A DNA stretch of 63,435 nt, filler included, from Phoronis australis (Eukaryota; Animalia; Phoronida): assembly GCA_002633005.1 (NCBI GenBank). It is 9 parts of 9 records of this genome, joined end to end, with 100 filler letters (N's around TTAATTAATTAA, not from the genome) between each part and the next. Parts side by side here need not be neighbours in the genome. Positions count along the whole stretch, not along the records: positions 1 to 31,640 come from NMRA01001161.1; 8 more parts are not named here. One strand, 5' to 3'. A program made the translations under genes and the position numbers. Positions 1 to 12,138 of the stretch are shown here, one piece after another. How positions within the stretch are numbered: the first letter of the stretch is position 1; each line of letters opens with the position of its first letter. The notes beneath the pieces are model-generated. The model was not told the origin of the DNA, did no database searches, and saw only the letters and a list, made by a program, of their open reading frames with translations.

Positions 1-492
1 CAGAAAATACTTCGAAATTATATCCGAACAGACCCCAAACTCCTGCTAAGGACCTTATTGGCCTGCCGAACGTTGTAGGCTACGTTGTGTCCAAATATCA
101 ATAATCCGCAAGAGCGAAATAAAAACAACACGGTGTGATTTTAAGGGTTTTACATCGAAGTTTGATGATTTATTGGTGTTAAACGATGACTTTAAGCGAT
201 AAGCTGACACCAGTAACCCGTGTTGTGAACTGCTGAACAGACTGCATGTGAAAACGATGACGTCATTGGATAATTTCAACACCTCCGTCTGCCGTCAGGT
301 GTCAGGTAAGGCGCTCGTACGTGTGGTTATGGAGTAGAACTACTCGATCTAACTTGATTCAAGTTAGGTTGTTTTTTGGGTGGCATGCTCCTTGAATATT
401 CTTTATACCACAATATTAGCCTTGAATGGCAGATACAACCGTGTAATAACACATAAAGTTATCTCACTAGTGAGATAACATTTTGGCGGGAA

Positions 493-561
493 ACCGAGGC
501 CGGATTCGAACCCGGGCCTCAAGCGTTTCGAGTAGCCGACATTACCACTACACAACTCAGC
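493..561 (-). repeat. tRNA-derived (SINE-head-like) Pol III sequence / pseudo-tRNA
   Basis: The minus strand has an A-box-like GTAGTGGTAATG, a B box GGTTCGAATCC and a GCTGAG/CTCGGT acceptor-like stem. The anticodon stem pairs poorly. A perfect 22-bp palindrome lies just downstream on the minus strand (458-479). Confidence 0.5.
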
Positions 562-639
562 GGCTGACGTCATCGAACGTGAAAATAGAATACTTAAATG
601 AGCACGCGCACCAGCCGCATGTTCAGCAAAGGGCATTGC

Positions 640-1290
640 ACCGACAATTATACGCTATGAAAAGTAAAACGCATAATTTCTATAAAAACGACAGTTTAAT
701 TCAGTGAATTTTTTCTCTCGTATTCTCTCACTTGTAAATCACCGATCTCCAATTTGAATGCTCGTATCGTGCCTTCCGGATCCTTTCACTTGAGCATTAT
801 ACTCAGTTACTATTGGTAACCTACTTTAGCAGACGATATTTTCCCGGTCGAAGCTGAGCGTGATCAAATGTGTAGTAAGCTATAATAGTTGCTAAACCTT
901 AATTTATATTTTCACTTTATTTCTATTTTGTTTAAATTTTTTCAGTTGGTTTTGAGTATAAGCACTATTTGACAAAAATAGCTCGGCTTTTCTAAAAAGG
1001 TCACGACCTCTGACCCCTGGCCTCTGACTTAGAAAGTAGTTATAAAGCCGAGGCGAGTCGAGAAAGGTAGATCGATTCATTGCAATGTTTCTCGTTCAGT
1101 ATGTGGTATAAATAGATTAGAGATTAGTACATGTTCTCAGTCGTTATCCCCCTTTTCTAGAGCCCTCTTGGATTTTGGAGAATTATCACCCTCGGGGCTA
1201 ACGCACCTCGGGCGATAATTCTCCAAAATCCACTCGGGCTCTAGATAACGGGGGATAACGACTGCGCCATGTAATAATCTATATTTATCA
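640..1290. repeat. Interspersed repeat ending in a ~170-bp foldback (Crypton-like non-autonomous element, copy 1)
   Basis: Perfect inverted arms at 1138-1151/1251-1264 and 1170-1187/1214-1231. A diverged second copy lies at ~15540-16052 (shared AGAAAGTAGTTA..GCCGAG.CGAGTCGAGAAAG.TAGATCGATT). The Crypton label is inferred from the palindromic architecture. Confidence 0.6.
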
Positions 1291-2609
1291 ACAAATTCAA
1301 CCAGATGTGACTAATTGCACATGGCATCCAAATGCGATTAGTTACCACTGTCGAATACATCTTCAATTCGTCAACAATACGAGCAGATGACCTGGTTCGT
1401 GTAGAAAGCTTTTTATCAACAATTTTCAAGAAGAAACGTAAACCCTGCAATCAGCATGATACCTAATCCGTAACACTGCGATCGCCGCAGTTTGGTAACA
1501 TTTACTTTTCATGTTTCGAACCTTGATCCCGAAAAAAATTATACCCTGTCTTCAGACAACTCTTTGGTGCTTTGACTTGTTCTCTAATGTATATTTACGA
1601 CTCTGTGGATAATTATCGACACATTTTAAAGATTTAATGTCCAGCTTGGACTCGAAAGACCGACCATTTAACTCACGCAATGTCATCTTCAGCTTTCTTT
1701 GTCGCAGTGAGCCTCGATTTGAATTTTAAAGTCCGCCGCGTGAATTAGGTATTGCCACAGGTGGTGGGTCGAGGTCGACGTGGGTCGTTGGGGTTGTGGG
1801 TTGAGGAGATCGTGGATAGGGTGATGTGGGAATCAAGTGGGTTTTAGAACAATCCGCTTTGGGAAGAAACCTCGTTCGCAGTTTCCTTCCCATCACCTAA
1901 ATATATTGCGTAGTGCTGTCGAAGGCAAGAACATCGAATAAATGATCTTGCGGCCCCCGCAACCCATTTGAGAGTTTGTTTTGACCGTTCCACATCCATA
2001 TTTCCTTGCGGGTATGATGTGCTGGAATTACTCATGCGAATAGTTTAACCACACTACGAAGTAAGAGGTTTAAGCTGGGATTTAGCACATTGTGACTCAC
2101 TGTCAATGGCTAACTCATAAGGTATAGCATAGGAAGCAACAATAGAATCCAAGTAACAAAAACGTTAGCAGGCTCATCCCATCTGGCATTATTGCCAAAT
2201 GGGACTGCTACTCAAGTTGCAGGTACATGTAAGGCATCCAAGCGCCATTTTCGAATTTCAAATTGAGGGTTTAGCAACTAAATTAACTAAGAAGCGTTTT
2301 CTTGAGCCGTTGATAGCTTCGTCAATCCAGTTTGTAACGGAAATTGAATCCTATTGCGGTAAGGAATATTGTCAGACCAATTTTAAGAGTAAAAGACACA
2401 ATTCAATACTGGTTTTAGCACGAAAAACAGGACGAAGTGCATTTTGAAAAAACGGCACATGCATGTGGTACACGTAGGATTCAAAGAAGGGTTTTATTTT
2501 ATATTGCTACTGAATTTTCCAAAATCAAATCATTTGTCACGAAATTGTAGGCGACGTAAGAGTCCTGCAACTTGTGCATGTCAACTCTATTCGTTTCTGT
2601 ACTTTGTAG

Positions 2610-2686
2610 GAATGGGACGACATGTTAGCAGGTCGCGCACAATTGACTGCAAACACGTGTGAACTAAGACGTAGCTATCACCAATA
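2610..2686 (+). CDS. CAP-EGF-ShKT gene, exon A (CAP domain: EWDDMLAGRAQLTANTCELRRSYHQ)
   Basis: Acceptor ctttgtag, donor gtaagt. Matches the CAP motif W-D-x-x-L-A-x-x-A-Q-x-x-A-x-x-C. Ends in phase 2, matching exon B. Confidence 0.85.
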
Positions 2687-3467
2687 GTAAGTAGTCCTAT
2701 GGTGTTTTTGATTACATAAGGATTTAAAATTAATTTCATTTCCCCAAGACTGATCCCAAATGTCAGACTAGAAACGTTCACCGTTTGATCCCTGACTGTG
2801 ATCCAAAACCCGGCTGTGAATTTGCCAACGTATATTGACGCCAACTTATTACTTAATCGCTGAAACAAAAAATGATATGCCGACTTTGTCAACCCGCAAA
2901 TGTTTGCATTAACTTGGAAAAAAAACTTACAAAATTGATTGAATCGGCAACATAAGGCTGAGGCGCAGTTAACAGACTGAAATGTGACCAAAGTTGGTTT
3001 AATTTTATTTCAAGTTACTTGTACAACCGAAAACCTTATGTCGACATTGTCTTCATGGAATTATTTTTCCGAAATTTCACCATCTGTATTGAAAGCACTA
3101 ATTAAGGTCTTAACTCAGACAAAACTTCAGTCTTGAACTATTAAACCTCCAACCACTTTCCACGAAAAGATTCAAGTGGGACACATGAACCTTCGGTTGG
3201 TTACTTTACAAAATCATTGCACTGTTATTGACCTCTTTCACGAACGCGGGGCGCTGCTGTTGTGTTGATCGAAAACGAGGCGCCTTGACAAACATGGCAT
3301 CGTCCTGCAAGGTTGTGTGGTCAAAAGATTTATCAACGTTACCAAAAATCAAGTTGTCTGATGTTGAATCGATCTCCAAAAAACATACCAATACTTACGG
3401 CAACTAGACTCTTACCCTCCTCAGTCATTCCTTAGTAGTTTTCCCTCTTTTGAAAAAGTGTGGAAGT

Positions 3468-5167
3468 CAGGGATATATCCAGGCTTTTTAGTCTTGAAAA
3501 ACCCTGCTCGCACCAGCTGGGCGAGTGCCACAAACTTGCTGCGAATTTAAATAAAAATCATCGTTTCGTGCACTGATGTCACCATCTATTAGGGCTACCG
3601 TATTCGCTCTAATAAGCGCCCAGCGCCGGAGGGGGACTCTTTTTGTAGCCTACGGCAGTTAAAACCTGGTCTCCGAAACGGGTGAAATCGGAAGCTAGGA
3701 TTCATCAAATTTACGCGCTGTGACGTATGTGTAACCTACGACAGACTAGCTACAAAACTGTGGTGCATTGCTATCAAACTCTGTTGTTAAATTACGATCG
3801 TTTTAAAAAAATGTGCTGAAATCCCAGGGCGAAAACTTGCCGACTGATGCGTCGCTGCTTCGCGATCGTCGATAGGACAACTTGAATTCTTGAGTAAAAA
3901 TAGTTTCGACTCAAATTACCTGAAATCCTCCCAAATAGCCTTTCCTAAGATTCTTAAGTTCCTGTGGACTCGGAGTCGGGATTAACCGCAGATTAAGTCA
4001 AAATCTGCGCTAGATTGCACCCCGCAACGAGAAAAATCTGGACGAACACATATGCTGTTGTCACGTGACGTTTGTATTGAAGTGAGTCAGCTGGTGTGCA
4101 CCGAGTGAGCGAGCGCGTGTGTTTCATCAGTGTTCATTTGCCAGAGTAGCAGGCCCAATGAGCTGTATATGTAGTATATTTATCTCATTGAGCAGGCCCA
4201 CATGTTATATGTGGGCCCTAGCGCGCTCTTCTTGGCCAAGTTTCGATTCGCGGTTTTTATGATTTTTCGTGTACAAAGCAATCTGGATTCCTGTTGTGGG
4301 AGAAGATCTGTACGGGAAAGATACAATACCAATCCCGTTGACCGGAGTACGCTGTGTCTGTTCTGATCAGGGCCAGACCATGTAGTGTGACACTTTCCTC
4401 GCAAGATCAGCAAATTTGCGTTCTTTTTGAAGCACTGCGAAATGGTTTGAAGTGTACAGCCACGGCTAAATACCGACTTAGCGGCGAGGCTCGTAGTCTA
4501 CTAGAATTTACGCGCACAATGATTTTTCAGAACTGTCGGATATTATTGATAAATTGAATACATTTACTGTAGAATTTTAGAACTGTGAGGTAAGACATTT
4601 TTCGCACTGATATATACACATTCATGGACTAGGCGCTTATTTTAGCGAAGTCTGAAAGCGAGTGGGGACGCTTATAGGGGTATGGGCGCTTATTAGCACG
4701 AATGTTATAAAAATAATTTTGGCTAAAATGACATTGTACATTACAATAAGAAATCAGTTCCAAGAAATATGGTATGTCATTTGCTATGAGCACATGGACC
4801 GGTCTTCCATCTTTCTCCCCTTTTCTTCGTTTCGGACTAGTCCACAAATCCTTTGTGCACGACCACACACTGTGTTTTTTGACGAAGTCGCGTAACGAGT
4901 GACATATGTACTGAATCGGTAGGGTCGCACTGCGTCGATGTTTTTTACTGCCGTAGCATAGACACGATGACCAAACTGAACCTTAAATTCATGATAAAAA
5001 CAGCACAAGGAGGAGGAAAATTATTCATATTCATCTGGGAAACGATATATAGTGCTTTTGCGCTCTGAAATTCGCTCGCCACCGGGCGACCGGCAAGTCA
5101 ACTTCTACTCGCCCAGCACCATTTGTACTCGCATTGGCGACTGGGCGAGTGGCTAAGTATATCCCTG
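3468..5167. mobile_element. Non-autonomous hAT-like element with CAGGGATATA termini, inserted into the THAP ORF
   Basis: 10-bp TIR CAGGGATATA/TATATCCCTG, subterminal CTCGC../GGCGAGT motifs at both ends, and flanks GGAAGT / GGAAGG (5-6 bp duplication). Confidence 0.7.
3598..4706. mobile_element. pogo/Tigger-like (Tc1-mariner superfamily) non-autonomous element
   Basis: Left end TA|CCGTATTCGCTCTAATAAGCGCCC, degenerate right end GGGCGCTTATTAGCACGAAT, and repeated GGCGCTTAT subterminal motifs. The interior 3751-4150 recurs at 57309-57720. Confidence 0.6.
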
Positions 5168-6001
5168 GGAAGGATACCGACGAGTTATTACTGGAATTGG
5201 TACATTCAGCCACTGCACAGTACACCATGGCCAGCTGATGATCACTCACGAGGGTTTATCATTGTGCCTCGTTTTCGATCAGTATTTAAAGATGGCGCGG
5301 GAAGATGGCGCTTTCGTGAAATAGGTGAATAATAGTTAAAATGAACTTATGCCATGTTTTGAGCTTATTTTAGGTTTTCATTATCATTATCCTTAGCCTT
5401 AAGATTCTCCTTCAGTTATCTTTAACTTAAATGTTGACTTAAACACGATCACACCCATTGCCAGTCGCAGAAATGTCACATGTGTACACCGAAGACCCGT
5501 CCAGCGTGTATGCCAATATATCTGCCAAGGCCCATATCACAAATTGAATTAGGTTTCTATTTACAATGTGCCCGAACGTCTGTTACGTAAAATGAATCAT
5601 TCTTTATTCAGATTAGTTCACACCAAAATCACTGTACGGGTAATTGCAACCTTGTAGCTCGTAAGATTGTATAGATGCTCTTTCCGATTCATTTAAAAAA
5701 AATTCTCCATAAAATTAAGTTCAGCTTAAATTAGTTTAATCACAGCATGTTCTCAAATGATGTTTTTTCAGCACAACTTCATTTTTTCAACGTAACCAGA
5801 ATTTTGAATTTCTTTGTCCTGAGTCTAATCTTTGAAAGTTAACTTGAAGTTATCACTGTTTTAATAGGATCTCAAGATAAATGTCAGTATTATGGCTTCC
5901 GCAGTTGAGTTCCTAGTTGTCGAATTCTTTATCGAAAAGAAGTGAAAAAAATGGTGGACTATGCATCACTCTTTCCTGATAAACAGAAGTTTTTTGTTCA
6001 G

Positions 6002-6188
6002 TTACTGCCCAGGAGTGTCGTACTTGTCATGGGAACCGAGTGGACAGAACTTGCGATATGGTTCCACTGCCATCAGTTACAAGATTAACTTTGCATCAGA
6101 AATTCTCGGTTGGTGGCAAGAGAAGACTCAGTACAACTACAGTACAGCCACCTGTGATTCTGGTAGAATATGCGGGCACTACTTGCAG
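6002..6188 (+). CDS. CAP-EGF-ShKT gene, exon B (..SGQNLRY..WWQEKTQYNYSTATCDSGRICGHYLQ)
   Basis: Acceptor tttttgttcag, donor gtgcgt. Carries CAP motifs G(E/Q)NL, W-x-x-E-x-x-x-Y and C-G-H-Y-(T/L)-Q. Phase 2 to phase 0. Confidence 0.92.
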
Positions 6189-7882
6189 GTGCGTATGATT
6201 TACTTGGCACACGTACGCAAACGCTGGTTATTTTGATACGTAAAATTCAATTGCACAAATTGCCATATACAAACGAAAGAGTATCCAAAGGGATCTTTCA
6301 CAGAGTCCAAGAGTGGGGCATACGGCTACTAGTCAAGAGTGTAATAAAAACTTTTAAATTAAACAAATACTTCCTCAAACGTGATTTCATTGTACATGTA
6401 TGGGACCATTACGAAAATTCGTTTGACGTTTTAGCAACCCAAGAAAGCACTCTTTCAACAAACCAATTTTCAGCTCAAACACAATTAAATGGCCGTCATT
6501 GACAACTTCTAACCAATTTTGTAAAGTGGACATCAATCAGGGAATTGATATGTATGAGCGACCTTACTCGGTTATAATACACCTCTGTTTGCATTTCTCC
6601 AACAACGACGATACACATTGTCTGCCAATCTTACTTTTTGACCTAATGACGTCATCTTATAATTAGTAGTGACCAGACATTTAGCCAATAGAATGCTTTT
6701 GTTCACGTGTTCAGTGCTATAGGTAACGATGCAAATGACGAAGTTGCGAATAAATCGTAAGTAGTCAAAGTTTTTAGTGAACCATAAATATTTCAATGGG
6801 CTTGATTCCGGTGGAGATATGCTCGCCGTATTACTTATGCAGATAAATGTGCTCACGCGATCAGAATTTCGAAGTGTGGTTTGCGTGTGATATGGAAGTC
6901 ATCAACGGACGTCCCACTTTGTTCTTAAAAAATTCCTACCATGAACCTGTGTCTTAAAAAGAATTTTATCGATAGCGTTTAGTATACCTGATCCTAAGAA
7001 ACAAGCCAAAAATTTTTAAAAATATATTATTGTTATCGGGTGGAAGACCGTCTCCGCCGTTGCTATTTTTACCAGTGCGATACTGAGAAGTTGTGAGGAA
7101 AGCCCGAGGCGAACAGCCTTTTTCAGACAGGGGCGTTTGTGGAGGATGTAGTAACAGCAATTTGACTATGATCGTCTCTGCGTTCAAATTTACTAAATAC
7201 GTGAAAGTTGCACAGAAATGTAACTCGTTTGTGCATCGCACGAGAGTGGGGAATGTCAGTGTGGAACATGTGATTCAGTCGGGAAAAACACTTTTTCGGC
7301 ACAATTCAATGAATCATGTAAGAAGCTGGTACCTTAGAGATGTTGAAACTCATATTATATCAAGCCTCTGCAGAAGCTAGTCTGATGTATGACTAATGTA
7401 GTATTGCTGATAAGTTGTTGCTGCTGTATAGCTAGAAATTACTGCCAGGCAGCAAAGGTCGAATGTATACCTATCGCAAAATTGTTTGGCACCTGCTCAG
7501 CACATCAAGCACATGACACAGGATACATATACATTTTGACACTGGCATGATGAAGCTGCAGTCTCTCTTCAAAAATTACCCAGTTGCGCGGAGTTCGAAC
7601 TCTGCAATAGGTCCAAGTGTTTGAAGTTCTGTGCGATATGTACAGTTTAGCGCACGCAATCTGATAAAGTATTCAGAACGACTAGTAATCTGTTCCGTAA
7701 GTCGATTCTGAGACAAAATCAATAGTGATGATTTCTAAATTAAGAAAATTGACATACTATTTTTTTATTGTCAGAATCGAACTCCAAGTTGACTGGGCTG
7801 TAGGTGACCGCATTAACATGTACATTTGATGTCATACCAAGTTAAATGATATCTGAAAATGGGAGAAGTTTATATATTTTAT

Positions 7883-10800
7883 TAATTTATTCAATGTAAT
7901 ATGTGCAATGAGGGTAGCCCCACCAGTTCACACTGCTTTCCATGGGGGCCCTCAGTAAAAACAAACAAGGAGTAAGACAAAATAACAGAATTACAAAATG
8001 AAAGACAATATTTAAATAAGAAGCAAAGATTAAGAAATTAACAAGGAAAGTCCGATAAAAAATAAAAAATGAAATATGATAACTCAAAGAGAAAGAAATT
8101 AAGACAAGATAATTAACTAAAATATAAATATAAATAATTAAAAACAGAAATAAACAATAAAATTAAGACATCATGTAAATATACACTCATGTATTTTTGC
8201 AATCTTACACACACATACATAAACACATACATACATAAACAAACATACATACATACATACATACATACATACATACATACATACATACATGTACATACAT
8301 AAAAACAAACATGCAAATGAATGCACAACAAATATGTACACATGAGAAAAAATAGTCTGATATGGTGATACTGAATGTAAATTTGCTACACAGAACACAT
8401 CTACATGAAGTTAAATCAATTTTTATAATTCTTTTAAAGGTTATAAAGGATGATGCAGAATTGGCATCTGCAGGGAGAGTGTTCCTTAAATAAGACCCGC
8501 TGTAGGAAAATTATTTTCCCAGTTTCGTTTTTGGGTTTAGGAAGATTGAAATTTGATGATGATGAGGGCCTAACATTGTAGAGATTAGTAGTCATCTTAA
8601 ACTTAGCACTTATGTTGGGACAAGACGTTTAAAACTTTTGTACATACAGCAAGCAGATAGGAATTGATGTCTTGTGTAAATTGTCATTATTCCAGTCTCC
8701 GTATGAAAGCTTCCTGAATAATCCGGGCAGCCCTATTTTGGATAAGATGGATGGTTTTCAAATCCTTGTCTGATGCAACGTCCCACACCGGAAGGCAACA
8801 ATCTAAATGAGGTTGAATGATAGCATTAAAAAGGGTTTTCAGTGTTGCTGTGTTCACAAATTTTCTGATGCGTTTCAATACACTAATTTCCTTAGACGTG
8901 GTGAGAGAATTTAGGATTTTCATCATATATTAGTCCTAGATATTTAAAGGAATTCACGTTCTCAATTGGTCTTCCATCGATACTTTATGACAGGGTTTGG
9001 TTTCTAAATCTTTTGGGCGTGTGAAATGGAAGAGTTTTAGTTTTTGACACATTTAAGGATAATTTATTGGATATAAGCCAATCTGAAATAATTGCTAAAT
9101 CACAGTAATGAGATTGGTGTGGATTTCAGATGAGGTGCTGCCAGCGGACAGTATTGTAGCGGCATCTGCATACAGAACAATCTTAGAATTTTGAATTGCT
9201 TAGGAGAGATCTTTGACAAAGATTTAAAATAGCAAGGGCCCCAGTATTGACCCCTGTGGAACACCAGTTTTAACAGATTTGAGATCAGTGGCATCTTTTC
9301 GGACACGGGTAGCTTGAGTTCTGTTACCAAGATAATTCTGAAACCACTTGGCTTCAACATCGGCGACGCCATAGGCTTTTAGCTTCTTTAACAAGAGAAT
9401 GTGGTCGTGGGTGTCAAATGCCTTCTTTAGATAAATTAAAACAGCACCAGTCAATAATCCTTGATTCATATTTGTATAAAATGGTCAGTGACATCAAAGT
9501 TAGTAGTTAATGTTGAACGGAATGGTTGGAAACCATACTGGGCATCAGTCAAGAGGTTGTTCGTTTGGAAGGAAGAATGAAGTTGTTTGTGTACCCATTT
9601 TTCAAGGATTTGTGGCATAGATGGCAGAATTGGAATGGGTCTGTAATTTCCGCTGCATGATTTGTCACCGTCTTTGAAAAGTGGAGTAGCAACGGCCGAT
9701 TTCCACTTTGATGGTATGGTTGATGTTTTCAATGATAAATTGATCAGTGAAGTAATGGGCTGAGATATTGTCTCCGAAGATATTTTAAAGATTTTAGTAC
9801 TCATGCACCTATTCCAGGAGCAGAATTGACATCTATTGATTTGAGTTGCTGGCAAACAAACTTAGCGTCATGGAATATAAAGGTTATCTCTTCGCTGACT
9901 GGGAGTGGATATAAATGACTAGTGTTTCCAAATTTTCGTGATAGGTTATGGCCAATATTCGTGAAAAAAGTCGTTAAAGGTACTTGTCATGACTGCGTTA
10001 TCAGATGTCATGCCGTCATCAGTAATCAGCTCAGCGATTTTAGTATTCGATTTCCCTGGCGAAACAGACTTCATAATTTTCCATAAGGATTTACCATCTG
10101 ATTTGTTGTCATTAATTAATGTATTATAATAATCTGCCTTGGCCTGCTTTGTTGCCTCATTTGTTAGATTATGCGCTGTTTTGAATTTGTTCCAGTCACA
10201 AGTATTACGCGAACGTTGAGCAATACGTTTAAGACAATCGCGTCTGCGAGACAATAAAATTAGCTCCTCGTTGTAGCAGAGGGGCGATTTACCCTTGATT
10301 CTTACCTGGATAATAGGTGCATGTTTATCCAAAACATCACAGAAATTTTTCTTAAATTCTGTCCACATAGCCTCAGGATCACCACTTGATGCTAACGCTT
10401 CCCAGTCAATGTTATGTAGCTCACTATCAAAGTAACGGTACGAGCGGGTAGTTGTTATCCGAGGTGGATTTCGGACGTATAGATTTGTAACTTGCGTTTA
10501 TCAGGTTGTGATTCCACGAGAGTTTTCCTTGTTAACATTAGACACAAGAATTAAATCTAAACAAGTTGATGTTTTGTCAGTTACTCTGGTTGGCATGCCT
10601 ATAACATTTTGTAACGAAGCATAAGCTCCCAAAATTTAATCTTTGTAATAGGTTTTTGGAGAGTGCATCTAAGTTAAAAGCACCAGTAATAAAAAAGTCA
10701 CTGGCTTTGCAGTTTCGATTGCCTAAGATCTTTTTAAAATGATCTATTAGCTTTTCCAGGTGATCCGCATTGGACGACGGAGGTCTATAAACCCCACCGA

Positions 10801-11765
10801 TGGCAAGGCTCTTTGATTCATGGATCTTGATTTCCAACCATAGTGATTCAATTTGATCATCTTGGCGATCTAATGTGCGGGTTGCTATGGGGGCTCTGGA
10901 GTATATACATGTAGCAAAACCACCGCCCTCTCTGTTTCTGTCCCGTCTTAGAAGAACAAAGCCGTCTATATTAACTTCAGAATCCTCGAACATGATGAGA
11001 GCCGAGTTTCATTTAAACACAAGATATCATTAGTGTTCTGACTCATAATCAGTCTCAGATCGTCAACCCGATCTAGGAGGGAAACGATGTTTAAGTGAGC
11101 AATACGAAAACCCTTAGCGAACTTAAATGAAGACAGTTCGGGATCGCATAGTTCTTTTTCTGAAATGTCCATTTTTTAATGTTTATTACGAAATCTTCAG
11201 TATACAATGAATATACATAACTCAGAAAGCGCCAAGAGGCATTAAATCTGGGCAAATGTCCATTGAGGCACTGGTAGAATCTTTGTCCGTATCTCTGAGG
11301 TACATATTCTCGTGGTTTTGGAATAAGTAGTCATCAAAGTCAAAAGTACTTGACAATGCACTTTCACGTTGGTATACGACTGCTGTTGTATCATCATGAA
11401 GAGCCCCATGGTTTTCAGTCATTGCTTGATCCGGAGTTTTCATCATGTCATTGTTAAGGCTTTCAGCTAAGTTGTCCATTATATAGGCAGATGACTGTAC
11501 AGAGAGGAGGCTGCATTGAATAGACTCACGCTGATTGTCCCGCCAAGTGACGTCACAGCCCGATTTCAGTGGGTTTTCTTGAGCCAACGAAAAGGTGTTC
11601 AAAATCAAGAGCGTGAGAAGATAGGTCGTATGAAATGCTACCATAGTTTTCTAAGTGTCACACGTAGATACAAAAATCGGTGTAATCAAGCTTCTGATCA
11701 CCCTGAATTATCGCAAATTACCAAAAAACGACTCACAGCGCTGAACGCGGCCGTGTTTAAACATA
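7883..11765 (-). mobile_element. Near full-length, decayed L2/Crack-type LINE (APE endonuclease + RT), antisense in a CAP-gene intron
   Basis: APE motifs (IAHLNIVSL, LCLNETRL, RRDRNREGGG, GGVYRPP) and RT motifs (NYRPIPILP, LKKAFDT, GVPQGSILGPLLF) with many frameshifts. The 3' end GGGCCCCCATGGAAAGCAG..AACTGGTGGGGCTACCCT..AATAAA is typical of this clade. Confidence 0.9.
8209..8300. repeat. (TACA)n microsatellite in the LINE 3' UTR
   Basis: Tandem TACA units are directly visible. Confidence 0.95.
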
Positions 11766-11980
11766 GCCACCGTTTTGAATTCCCACTTGTCTCATACTCA
11801 TTCCAAAATTAACAACAAAATTGTATGCTTGTTTAACAGTTTGAACGTTTCCCGACAATGCTGTACACAACAGTGCTGTCGCTAAGCCAACCTGTTGATA
11901 AGGAGCATTGAGCCCAAACGTTTGTACAACATTGACAATGAACTCTTCCCATACTGAAAACATCGTTTATCTCATCGTAG

Positions 11981-12138
11981 ATGGCATGGCAGAAGACACA
12001 CAAAGTTGGCTGTGGATATAAGTATTGCAAGAAAGCTTATGGAGGGTACGACAGCGACACAAAAACATTTAACAGAGAAATTGCCAACCAGTTCTTCTTC
12101 GTGTGTAACTATTACCCCTCTGTACATGATCCCGACAG
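11981..12138 (+). CDS. CAP-EGF-ShKT gene, exon C (MAWQKTHKVGCGYKYC..FFFVCNYYPSVHDPD)
   Basis: Acceptor ctcatcgtag, donor gtaggt. Completes GHYLQ|MAW and carries the VGCG and VCNY CAP signatures. Phase 0 to phase 2. Confidence 0.92.

Larger units (their letters stand above)
3229..5328 (-). mobile_element. ISL2EU/Harbinger-related THAP DNA transposon, internally deleted, carrying nested insertions
   Basis: Imperfect TIRs TGACCTCTTTCACGAA / TTCGTGAAATAGGTGA flanked by AT, plus an internal inverted GATCGAAAACGAGGC. A minus-strand THAP start (MVYCAVAECTNSSNNSSVSF, from 5228) continues as HTFSKEGKL..E*LRRVR left of 3468. A convergent + strand ORF start MASSCKVVWSKDLSTLPKI lies at 3295. Confidence 0.7.

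Noticed and set aside
493-561. Functional tRNA gene
   Set aside because: The anticodon and D stems pair poorly; kept only as a tRNA-derived repeat.
1848-1924. Possible upstream CAP exon (HHLNILRSAVE); also RRNVNPAISM near 1430-1460
   Set aside because: Weak resemblance to HNxxR..A.NM, with in-frame stops nearby and no phase-0 GT donor to join exon A.
8113-8398. ORFs with MYVC repeats
   Set aside because: These are translations of the (TACA)n microsatellite.
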